From Klebsormidium nitens (Eukaryota > Plantae > Klebsormidiophyceae), in NCBI GenBank assembly GCA_000708835.1, contig DF237082.1, forward strand, positions 62,001-126,000: a DNA stretch of 64,000 nt. Direction: 5' to 3'. Under the pieces are notes generated by a model. That model did not search any database. It had not been told where the DNA came from and saw only the letters and a list, made by a program, of their open reading frames with translations. Below, in pieces: positions 11,400 through 29,752 of this stretch. The translations under genes and the position numbers were made by a program. How positions within the stretch are numbered: the first letter of the stretch is position 1; the number at the start of each line of letters is the position of its first letter.

Positions 11400-13308
11400 A
11401 TGGCACTCAGGGGAGCTGCCTTGCTTACAGGGATTTACATCCTCTTTGTGGTCTTTGGATCATTCGCCCAGCCACTTGAAGCAAAGAAGTCCAAGAAGAA
11501 CTTGGATGAGGTGACGCACAAGGTGTACTTTGACATTGGTGTTGATGGCAAGAGCATCGGCCGTGTTGAGATCGGGCTATTTGGCAACGCCGTGCCAAAG
11601 ACTGTAGAGAACTTCCGTGCTCTTGTGACTGGTGAGTCAGATGAGCTGCTTTGCTGATTTGTGGTCTGATTAAGTGATTGCCTGTGTTGCTTGTCGATTT
11701 GCTCAAGCTTTACGTATGCAGTTGAAATTCTCCGAAATGGAGTCCTAACATGTTTCCTCACATTTCAAATGGGACCAGTTTGCTAATGCAATCAATCATA
11801 GTGTATGATTTCCTCTGTGAGAATGAGCGACTGGTGGTTCCGGAGATAAAACTGGTCAGGTTTGCTTGTAATATAGAATGTGTTCAGCAGCCTGTGTCTA
11901 GATGAGCTGTTGAGAACAGCACCCGCAGTTGCTCATGACGCTGACATTTGCTCAGGCGAGAAGGGCACCGGCACTTCTGGCAAGCCTCTTCACTACAAGG
12001 GCTCCACCTTCCACCGCATCATTCCGAACTTCATGATCCAGGGTGGTGACTTTACACGGGGGGATGGAACAGGGGGAGAAAGTGAGTGGTCGCGCTACCG
12101 CTCAATTGCCTGAAGGCAAAATTGTTTTGCAGCTTGGGCCAGTTTGCAAGTCTGTCATCTCGCGCTCAATTGCCAGATTGCATTTGATCAAATTTGTTCG
12201 TCTTGTTCGTCTTCCTGATGTACCCACTGTCGCAAATTGCATCATGAAAATTGTGGTGGCTTGTTAGGGTGTCTCTGGCATAGTCCTTTGGCGGTGTTGT
12301 GTCTGCTTACCATGTAATTACTGGTTGTTCTGCAGGCATCTATGGAGCCAAGTTCGCTGATGAGAACTTCAAGCTCACCCACACTGGGCCAGGTGCGTCA
12401 ACCCTTATCTGTCATTGTGCATCGGCCATTCTTGCAGACATGTGTTGCTCATGGTTGTTGGGTCGACCTGCTCATCTCTCTGTTCCCTCACATGCTGACG
12501 ACAAGCGTTTTGTGTGTAGGAGTGCTCTCCATGGCAAACGCTGGTCCTGACACGAACGGCAGTCAGTTCTTTGTAAGCCGACCACTCCTCTTTCTTCCTG
12601 TCAGACTAGTAACTGAGATGCTTTGTGATCTTTCTTTGGATACACCGCAGGGAGATTGCTTCTACATTAATGATACAGCTGTGGAAATGGATTGACTTGA
12701 GGGCCATGGATCAATGACCGCTGCTGATGGACGAGAAAACTTGGTTCGAGACTGTTTGTAAGCAAGCCGACTGAGCCTTTTTGCTATCTTGTCAATGTTT
12801 CTAAGAGCTCAATGAATGTTTTTTTGAGTGCTGGCCCATAATCTCCTGGTATGTGCTTTGCCGATATTGTGTTCCTTCGATGCTCACTCAATTCTTCTCT
12901 CATCGCAGATCACTACTGTGAAAACCAGTTGGTAAGTATGAGCAGAATCACCCTTGCCCTTGGTTATCTGATCTTCACCCCCCTCGGATGCTCCCCGTAA
13001 TGCAGTTCTACTGATTTGAGCTCCGGCTTGGAGAGCAGGAGTTGTAGTCTCCTTCCTGATTTAGATGTTGGGCTGTGCTTGACCACATTGAAGGTGCCAT
13101 CAGCCTTGGTTTCAAAGCCAGAATTCAGGTCTGGTGTGTAGAGCAACTCATTCCAAACAATGTTTGCAGGTTGGACGGCAGGCACGTTGTCTTCGGCAAG
13201 GTCGTTTCTGGCATGGACATTATCATGCAAGTCGAGGCGCAAGGTTCGCAGAGCGGCAAGCCGAAGAAGAAGGTCGAGATCCTGGACTGCGGCGAGGTTG
13301 TCCAGTGA
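11400..13308 (+). CDS. Cyclophilin (peptidyl-prolyl isomerase) with an N-terminal signal peptide, PPIB/CYP20-like, 209 aa. Exons 11400-11631, 11956-12081, 12336-12392, 12520-12572, 12909-12931, 13170-13308.
   Basis: Hydrophobic N-terminus, [79 protein letters not shown]. Phases close. Confidence 0.95.
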
Positions 13309-14468
13309 ATTTTGCAAAGCTAGAGCCCGCAGATGGCAAAAGCATGATTGCTGAGCTCCTTCCGAAATAGAGCCAGTTGATCACGGTCTGGAGTTGTTGG
13401 AATGCTCAGGCTAAGAGTTGGCCATCGTTGGTCTGAGCAGGCGCATGTTCCATGCTAGATGCATGGGTAAAACTGTGGTTGTGCTGCTAAAAAGGTGCTC
13501 TTTATCTTCATGTGTCCAAAGCAGGGATACTCTAGTCTGCTTGAAAAGCTTCTACATCTTTTAAGGACGGGATCTGTTAATGAAGCTTGTCATGGGCAGA
13601 TGATCGACGCGTGCACATGTGAAATCGACACTGCAGTCTCTGCTGGCTGCCTGGCAGGGTTCCGTTGGGCAATGTCCGGCTGGCGGCCTAAGCCTTTCAA
13701 TCCAAGCTTTGTACATGGTGACTGGCATAGGGATATCTTGCACAAGACGATTGGATTGCATGTACCCAATCAATAAGTCCTCGAAACTGCATATGATGGG
13801 GCGTATGCTAGCCAGGAGTTTGGCTTGAGTCGCAGTTTTGCAGGCTACACGCTGCGCTCATTGCATTGGGAAAGCAGCTGTGCATGATAAACTACGCGAG
13901 CATGGATGCCTTTGAGCCATATATTGAGGGGCGGCTGCAACAATTGCCATGTGCCATGTGTATCTATCCTTGGCGGGGGCCGCCAGAACTTACATCATTC
14001 GGCCCACAGAATTACTAGCCCACCCCTGCCGGCTGGCATGTTCACCACATGCACATGCAGGCCGCGCTCCAATGGATTCTGCGAGTATGTGCTAGCTAGA
14101 ACGTCGCACACCGGATGGTATATATATACTTCTAGGTCTGTACTAAGTACGGTCGGATGCCAGCACCTGGCCCATGCATAAATTGCTGCCACCGGGCCAT
14201 GCACTGAAGAAGGCCACTGATGGAAGCGCACCGTCTTGAATAAAACGGCTCCCATGCCGCAGCCAGCAATCGGTACACTAAACAATAATCGAGCTATCGA
14301 ACAGGGACTTCAAGCAACACCGTCGCGCAGGCTTGCGTGCAGCCGTGACTTGATGCAAAGAACTGCGAAGTATGACTGTAGAGGCCGGGATCACGTTTTT
14401 GATTAAATCCTAGTACTGAGCTCCTGCTTGGAATCGAGCTGAAGATTGAACAAATCAGATCGGATTAC

Positions 14469-17400
14469 TCAGGCTTTATAGAAGCTGCGGTTGGGTGTCA
14501 GTATGTACCGCCCCTTTTCGAGGTCGTAGATGGTCGTCACGGTCGAACGCCGGTAAGCCCTGAGCGTCCTAAACGCAAAGACGGCCAATCCCACCCCTCC
14601 TAACACCGCAAACACCGCCAGGAAGGAGGGGCCGCCTAACCGTCCCCCTGATGGGGGTTGCACACCAATCCCGTTGCTCAGTTGATAAATGATGGCCCCC
14701 AGAGCCCAGTCGACAGGCGTACTGCCCACAAAGTTGGTGAAGCGGACCCTGCCAAGAACGAGACTTTCAGTCAGTCACCTGGTTTGACGATCACGGCACA
14801 GTCACGGACTATAGAGTGAGTTTACACGCATAAGTTCCACTGGCGGAGTCCAAGGGCAGGAGCCCCGACTGGAGGAAACTTTGACCGTTTACTCAAAATC
14901 GAAGTACCAGGGGCGTTCGTGATCCTTACTTGGTGGTATCCATAGGCAGGCCCAGCCCGTCGTGCAGGAGTGCTGTAACATACCCCGTGCGCGCTTTGTG
15001 CCGTCAACACGTTCAACAGGCTTTTCATACACTTTGAAAGAGGGCTTCCAGATACACTGGAATATAACCAAACGGACTAAAAGTTTGGCGCGTTTCTGAA
15101 CCCTCACTTGGGGCCTTTACACACAGAGCGGGTGTTTTTTGTTTCGAGCGACGGGACAGCAGGGGTCGCGGCGGTACCGTCGCCAGGAAAACACCGCGGG
15201 TGTTTTTGCCAATTCGCCGACTCGTACGATCATACGTCAGCAAAAACACCGCGGTGTTCCAAAGTGCTACCCCAAAAAAAGCCGGGTAGCGAAAGTAAAC
15301 TTTTTCGGACCGTCGCACGGGACTACTTTTGCGTGCGGAAGGTACCCCCCGAAGTTTCGCGCGGAGAGTTTGGGCAAAACAACACCTTGAGTTCTCGGCG
15401 AATTGCGAAAAAGAACACCCGCCCTGTGTGTAAAGACCCTTGGTGGTATCCATAGGCAGACCCAGCCCGTCGTGCAGGAGAGCCGTTATACATGCGCCTC
15501 GTCAGCAAGGGTTTTCGCAAGGTTAGGACAGGGACTGACTCCAGTGTAACAGGTACTCAGCCGGTTCGTTTCATGATTAGCAGCAAAAGTAGCTCTACTC
15601 ACTTGGTGGTATCCATGGGCAAGCCCAGCCCGTCATGCAGGAGCGCCGTGATATACGCCGCGCTGAAGCAGTACTTGAGCAGGTCTTGCTCCGACACGCC
15701 CTCGTGCAACTTTTGCAGCGCCAACCAGTCCGCCGAGCAGAACGCCTCACCCGCGGCCGCGATCTCCGTCAGCGTGCTAGTTGCGGGCAGCTTGAAGAAC
15801 TGCAAACAGGAGCGGTTTGTCGGATCTCTCCTTGGTCATGTCTGGGTATGCTTCTTGACCATGTCGGTCCGTCTACTTGATTCCGTTCTGATTCAAGAGA
15901 CCTGGAAGGAGCGTCCTATTTCAGTGTTGTGATTACTGGATCGTCTTGCGTCTCGCGACTCTTTTGTCACCCGCTCTGACAAATACTTCACTTATTAAAA
16001 ACCGGTTCTTGCGTCCGTGCTTCTCAATTTCCTTACAACGCCCTTTGCTTCCCAACAGCAGCCCTCGCTTCAACGGAATTGAAAGTTGCACAATCGTTCT
16101 TAAACAGCTCTCTCGGATCCGCATTCGTTCAACTATTCCTTGTCACAACGCAGGTCATACAAACCACTACAGAACCATCCAACAGGGCAAAGGCAAAAAT
16201 GCAAAATCCGCGAATGGCTCCAAGCACTACATCTAGAATGACAAGATTCAGCCAGCCCTGCTCAAGAGGAGGACGCACAAAGCTCATTCAAATTTATCTT
16301 TCTAGAGTTTATTGACGTTTCCTTTGCAAAGGCTGTCTGAAGTGAGCAGGACGCACCAAGCTCATCCATTTTTATCTGTCTAGGAATTGTTGACGTTTCC
16401 TTTGCAATGGCTTCCTTCTTCAAACTCACTTCGGAGGTGTAGAAAAAGTTTTCGGTTGCAAAGAAGTTCCCCTTGAGCTCCGGGACATAAGCACCTCCGA
16501 TTGGGCACTTGGCAAATGCACACGCGTCTGCACAGATAATGTCATTTTGCATCAGGTCCTTTTCCTCCTTTCTGCATTTCAGTAGTCCAGGACATTGGCT
16601 AACCAAGCTCGGAACGGCACCTTCAAGATAATGCGAAAGTTCGTTCCCAATCCTGCTAAACCGCGAGGTGAACGCAAAGCAATCCTGTATGAAACAACGG
16701 GATCAGGAGGGCAAGCCGTTCATCTTCAACGAGGCAGTGGCAGCCGGACACCGTTGGAGAAGAACCGATGTTCTTGTTAAGAAGATACGCCTGATTCCAA
16801 AGCAGCCTCCGCAGCTGTCCTCTGCACAAACAGCTTTGACTAAGGGGACGCATGAGCGCCGCAAACGGCTGCCTTTCAGGAGCATCTCCTGCGCAGCCCT
16901 TCATTGCTGCGTATGCTTCACAAAAAGTCTCAACCTACGCCTCGGAAGAGCGCGGCTCTGCAGCTCAGAGCAGCGCCACAGTGGCGGAACAGAGGTTACG
17001 GCGTTCGGCGTGCTGCTCCAGGACCAGAGTGCATCACACCGCGCAAACGTCAGTTTCTGCTCTCGCAAAATCTGGTCGCGAATAAAAGCTCGTGGAACTC
17101 GTACCGCTGCCTTTCTTGAACAGGCTGACCGCCGCGGCCCGGCACTCGGTGAAATTCCCCGCCGCTTCGAGCACCTCCAGCGCACGCTCCTTCCCCGCAT
17201 CGTCGCCCTGCGCAAAGAAAAACACTCTCGGGCCCGGTAAGCGCAGGGTAACACGTTGCAGCGCCAGTCTGTGATGCATTAGGTGGTGCGACATTCCCGA
17301 GATTCGACATCTCCTCGCCTGTTGGGGACGCATCGAACACCTCGTCGAAAGCAACATGTTGTCCCTGCGGTTAAGGGCCCCGTGATTTGGATTGCACCAA

Positions 17401-20400
17401 ACCAGAAAACGGATTGGGGTTTGCTCAATCAGGAATTGACACCTGAGCGCTACTAAGATCCAACTAGTTGCAAGGGGTCGCCTCGCGCCAAAGATACGCC
17501 CCGCTTGAGACAACCGAAACCGACCTTGGAGAACCGTCCTAGTACAGATTGACACCCGTCAGCGAGCTTTTAGGACGGTCCAATCAGAGAGCTCCAAGCA
17601 TCGCCAGCGATACCGGAAGTCAACCTCGCCAGCGCTACCGAAAGTCAATATAGCTATACTAGCATCGTTGAGCAGGGAATTTCGACATTCTGGGCGCTGC
17701 TGGGCGCTGCTACAGAAGTCGACGGGTTGCGCACCTTCGCAGAAATCGCGGCGGAGGGATAAAAACGACAATAACTAAGCGGATTGACTCAACAGTCCGG
17801 GCGCTGCTACGAAAGTTGAGCGGTTGCGCACCTTTGCAGACAAGGCGGCGGCCGCCGCCTTAAGCGCCAACTCCTCCGCCTTCCAGAGGTATCCCTTCGG
17901 GCGGCACGGATCGACTAGCGCGGACCCCCGCGGACGCTTGCTGACGTCCGCTGACGCCAGCTCCTCTTCCAGGGCCTCGACCACCTCGCCTGGGAAAAGG
18001 AATTGGAAAAGGCCACCTGATCTCACTCCGTATTGGAGCGAGCTCAGAACCTGGGCCGTTCGATGACCCAGATGCAACAATCGACGGCCAGAAAGCTGTG
18101 ATCTACCAGACAGCCGACCCCCAAAATAGGCAAATCAAAAGTCTGCATGCCAGCTCAGCATCTGGAGACAATAGGAGTACAAATTGGATATCCGATTTGC
18201 TACATGTCGATGACAAATTTTCTTGCGTCCCCAGCGTTTGACGAGAACAGTCAAACAGTCTACTGCTCAGCAAAATGGTATATGTACGAAGCAACGTCAC
18301 CATACAATGCAGATCGGAATGTCTGTGGAATGGGCTGGCCCTCCTCCTTTTTGCACAACGCAAACCTTTAGGTGTCTCACAAGTAAGCCCCTGGACTCTC
18401 GAAACTCAAGAGATTCTGAGAGCATGACATTCCATATTGGGACACAAGAGAGATCAGGCGCTCACCTGGCTTGACGTTGCCGGCTAGAAGATCCGCCAGC
18501 ACTCCGTCCATGGCGGCTTCCTGCAACATTCGGAGGACATTTTAGAACACGGTTTTTGGTTTTTATATCTGCACCAAACTGTTATTGAACCTGGAGCGGG
18601 CTTGCTGCGCTTGGATCCGATATGATCCGAGCAAGAACGTCAGACGACGTAGAATGCGGATCATTTCAAGGGTCCGGTTGCTAGGTTTGACGAAAGAAAA
18701 GTGGAAGAGAATTTAGCTTGACTGACTGGCATAAGGGGCCGGGAGGATTGGCCACGAAGAAAGTTGCACACCACGAAAAGCTAGCGCACGCATAAGAAAG
18801 CTACAAACCGGAGGAGTCACGAGTGTGGGTAGTCTGCGATCTCCACGACCAGGTTTCAAACCTGGTGCAACATGCATGAAGCCTGGACAATCTATCGAAG
18901 CATATCAGAAGGATTCTGATATGTTGGCGCTGTAACTTCTCGCAAACGATAGTAGCCAATATTTGCGTACGTATGCCAGTTTCACCAGGTTGAACTGGTC
19001 CTATGTTGGCGCCACTTTGACAGGAAGAAAGGACGAGCTTCCAACTCCAATCGAGTAAAATGTAAAGAAAGCACTCCCTGCCCAGCCAAAGCTGGAGCAA
19101 AAGGTGAAAGAATAAATCAAAGGTATGTCATCAACATCCATACCTATTGTTTCAATCGTTCAGGTTCAGACCACATGGAGCATTTAGAATCGCTCACTGA
19201 GCCTTGTATCTTTGGGCCAAGATTGAAAAAGCGATAGGTACTTTGCTGTTATATTGATCAGCAGGGGAGCTTCCTCTTGCCCAGTAGATTTCGAGGGAGG
19301 TGTAAATACCGCTAACCCCGAACTCAATCTTGAACCCTGTGAGAAAAACGTTGTCTTGCCTGGCCGAAGTTGAGGAAGCTATGCGTGTACAAGATGTACT
19401 CATGGCCGCCCAGCTGCAGATCGTGCCGGAACTCGGGCGGGGGCGCCACCTCCGGAACAAACGTGACCTGCATCATGGGTCAGTTTCGTCAAACGTGATC
19501 TTCCGAGGAGAAGCGCTTGTAAGTACTAAGATCGTATCTTTGTGACTCACATTCCAATGCGGATTTTAGATCAGCAACAATGGAGATATAGTGTTTCAGG
19601 ACTATTTTGGCCGGAAGTTGCTCTGGTGTAATTGGCATCTAGATTGGTGACAGACAGCTGTTAAATCAATCTGCCTTACGTGCCCACGTGAACCAGACAG
19701 TAAATCGTGAGCACCTGACTGGGATCCGATTGGTGGGCACAATAAAAAGAGAGCATCTAGGAGATTCAAAAGACCGCCAGTGCCCGCTTGTCCAGACTAG
19801 TGACAAACCCTCAACTATTGATCAATCGGTACTGCAGTATTCATGCGCTACAACAAGCTCAACAAGTTTAAATCGAAAACACGGCCACAATCTATGCAAA
19901 AGTGCTTAAAAAGGGCATTGTTGAGCCCACCTGTGCGGATGCTCCCCCCAGTTCCACCACCCCCGTCGTCTCTGCCGCCGGCATGCCCAGATTCCCCAGC
20001 GCATAGTTAGCGGCAACCCACGCATAAACCCCCTCGAACGTGCCCGAAATGACGCTTGCCCAGTCTGGCCGGAACATGAACCCCGAGCCGGCCAGCACTT
20101 TCCGACAAGACTCCAGGATCTCTTCCGCAACGCTGGCTTCCACTCGCCTCAGCCCTGCTGTGGCCATCAAAAAGATGGGTGTCTCCGCCCGCTTTGACGC
20201 CGGGACGTTCTCACGGGCAAACTCCATCAGCTGTGTCAAGGATGCGCCGGCTGCGGAGGGATTGTCGGCGAACGACGAGAGCCCGGGCCTGATCTTCAGA
20301 GACAGATCTGCTGGAAAGATCTGGGGAACGGGCCGACCCGCCGTATACTTATACACGTGCAGCCGGCACCCGCTGCTGCCGGCATCAATCACAATGCCAT

Positions 20401-20701
20401 ACCCTATGGCTTCAGTCCCCTCTAAAGTGACTCTGCTCGCGTATGAGAACGTCGACAAGTACAGCAGCGAAAGCGCAATGAGGATGAATGTGAAAAGGAA
20501 CGACGCGCGGGATCTCCATCGGGGCAAAGGCTCCATTGTTGATCTGCCCCCGACTAGCGTTGCGCGGGGGGGCAGCTGAGTGCGGTGCGGGCCTGGAAAG
20601 GAGCTCTTCCCAAGCATGCTGTTATCTGGCAGCCCGCCTGACTCAAGGAGATCCCCCTGATAGCTGGCAACCCGGCGCAGACTGGGGGTTGCCACGCTCA
20701 T
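14469..20701 (-). CDS. APY: GDA1/CD39-family apyrase (NTPDase) with N- and C-terminal TM helices, plant APY6-like, about 589 aa. Exons 20701-19931, 19467-19360, 18520-18466, 17989-17832, 17207-17105, 16527-16430, 15799-15603, 14748-14469.
   Basis: Apyrase conserved regions IVIDAGSSGCR, ATAGLR, EGVYAWVAANY, ELGGASAQ and DWALG. Phases close, using one GC donor (CAG|GCAAG at 19360/19359). Confidence 0.93.
14930..15655 (-). repeat. Three copies of the last ~53 nt of apyrase exon 7 plus donor: true exon end at 15603, echoes ending at 15440 and 14930
   Basis: All three encode (I/V)TALLHDGLGLPMDTT(K) and are followed by GTGAG or GTAAG once the MITE is removed. Confidence 0.95.
15111..15439. mobile_element. 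MITE, 329 bp, probably PIF/Harbinger (Tourist-like) type
   Basis: 26-bp TIRs with 2 mismatches (GGGCCTTTACACACAGAGCGGGTGTT / GGGTCTTTACACACAGGGCGGGTGTT). 3-bp TSD TTG at 15108-15110 and 15440-15442. Internal AACACCGCGG(G)TGTT palindromes and no coding capacity. Confidence 0.85.
16271..16407. repeat. Tandem duplication with a 78-nt period, about 22 nt downstream of the apyrase exon-6 donor
   Basis: GGACGCAC(A/C)AAGCTCAT...TTGACGTTTCCTTTGCAA starts at 16271 and 16349. Confidence 0.85.
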
Positions 20702-21706
20702 TTACAGGGCAGCCAACACCGTGGACTTTGCTCAATTCCTAACCATTCCTTTGAACCCAAAAGGTTTTGAGCAAAATGGTTGAGCAGAGTGTTCAAGATG
20801 ATTGACCATTGAAGGATCCGGCTTCTTAAGCTTTGAATGACATAACACGGAGTTCACTCTTGAGTTGCTTTTTGTGTGGATCTAGAGCGCTCCCTTCTCC
20901 AAACGCAATGACAGCTTCTACAAGATGGCAAACTATGGTTAACAAAGGAAGTAGAAATCAGCCGCTAGCCGCTTCCAGAGACGAGCAGTCTCAGAGATCT
21001 TGCACAGACAGGCACTCTGCACCTCTTTAAACACCAGCTGTCGCGTCAGCTGTAGCCTCCAAGCAAACTTCGCCGCCTCGATGAATCACCAAAGGTGCAC
21101 CCACCCCTTGACAAGGAACGCAACGCTAAGGCCTTGGGCTCCTTCAGCCCCCACTCGTTATGTCAACGAGCGGCGCCCCGCAGATCCTGGCTTCTTCACC
21201 CGGTTTGAGTGTTCATCAATGATCAAGCTGCAGCTTCGGGTTCTGCAACAGGCTGCAGCATTGGCCATTTTGGACAGCATCATGATTCATGGGCTCCTAA
21301 AATTGCGCCCCGCGATCATATGTTACGGCCGATTGGCTGGCGCCTTTTGAGTAAGGCAGCCGTCCGATCACTAGCTTTCAGCACAATCTGGGGGATCCTC
21401 CTCATTTGAGCCGTTCAGATGAGCTGTACCATTATTTTCTAAGAGCCAAGAGCTGCATACCTATTATACCTATGACTCAAGAATTTGCAGCAGAGTGTAT
21501 TTACACCATTTTAGATACGCATGATGGATACCTACCTCAGCTAACTATTGCCCGAGGCTAGGAAAAGTGCAGGCAGCTCACACCTGGATGTTTGAGTCGT
21601 GCACGAGGGCCAAGTTGTGAGCTGGTGACCGCCTCCATTCCACAATCCTGTGGATCACCTCGTCTATCTTGCAGTTTCTTGCAGTGGAGAAGCAAAGGGT
21701 TCAGTG

Positions 21707-28593
<6,887 letters not shown>

Positions 28594-29752
28594 TGTCATA
28601 AAGAGTCTTTGACTTAGACCGAGAGCAAGCATGCGACTCTTACTTGGTCAGAACCGCCAAGTTCTTCAATGCCTTCGCAGTAAGGAAACGGATCCCAAAA
28701 TTTGGAAAAGTCATCTTTCGAGATCATGACGGTCGTGCCTTCAATCTGTCATACTCGGCATCAAGTACGCTTGGCGAGCATGTAGAACTTAGAATGCTCG
28801 ACGCATCAGGCTGATTGCATACATGGCCCATGACAATTTTAAATCTAAGCTTTGCATGAATCTGAACTGAAAGAATAACGAGGCTTGGTGCATGATCGAC
28901 TGATAACGGCATGCTTCACGCAAGTATCGCAGACTGCAGCCAATCATACAGGTAGCGCTCATGTGTCGGTCGACTAATCTCTTGCCTGATGCATCACACG
29001 TGGAAGAGAAAAGCGTTACAACATGATGGCTTTTCTTCCGCATCTTGGCATGCCCCAACTTAAACGTCATTGGAAGTCCATACATCATTGCATCAGGCCA
29101 TTGAAAGATATCATAAACGGTCGGCCCTCAGGAAACGCCCCATGAAGGTTCAAATACGCTATCGAAATGAGTCATCAGCTCGACATGCATGTTCTTCCTC
29201 ACAGTACGTCGAATCTGGTCGTTGTGCTCAATCTCTGGGCTGCAGCTGCGGGCTTTGAACCGTCGGATTTTGGGCCGGCATGCAAGCTTGCAAAACGAAG
29301 GTCCTCGTCTAACTTGGGCGCAGACTTCACAATAACATTAGGACAAACTTCCAAAAGTGGCGTTCGTCCGGCGTCACCTGATGTCGTCGAACGCTACTTA
29401 GTGCGGCGGCCTGTAGTCACGGAACAAGTCGCATGCGAGTTGCTCTGGTTCAAGAGTACCGTATGCCCATTTAGTGTCTGTCTTAGGTCGTCAAGCCTCC
29501 TCCGAAGTCGAGGATGCTTCGCATTCTTCCAAATTTTGCCCCTCTTCTACTGCAGAAATTCAGCAAATGTCAAGTCTAGGTGGTCGAAGAGAAGACGGGA
29601 GACGAGAGGTTCCGGTAGCTCTGTCGCTCTAAACCGTAAGACGCCTCCCGTCTACTTCTTCTGGCGCACAAGAGAGATCGTTTTGACGGACCGGCTGATA
29701 AACCTAAGCGTCTGAGCCTTTTCTGCTCAAGCGTTTCTCTATATTTCAAGAG

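Noticed and set aside
29167-29715. 182-aa ORF upstream of MYND paralog A
   Set aside because: It has no motif and a composition typical of non-coding sequence. It lies in the expected promoter/5' UTR region.
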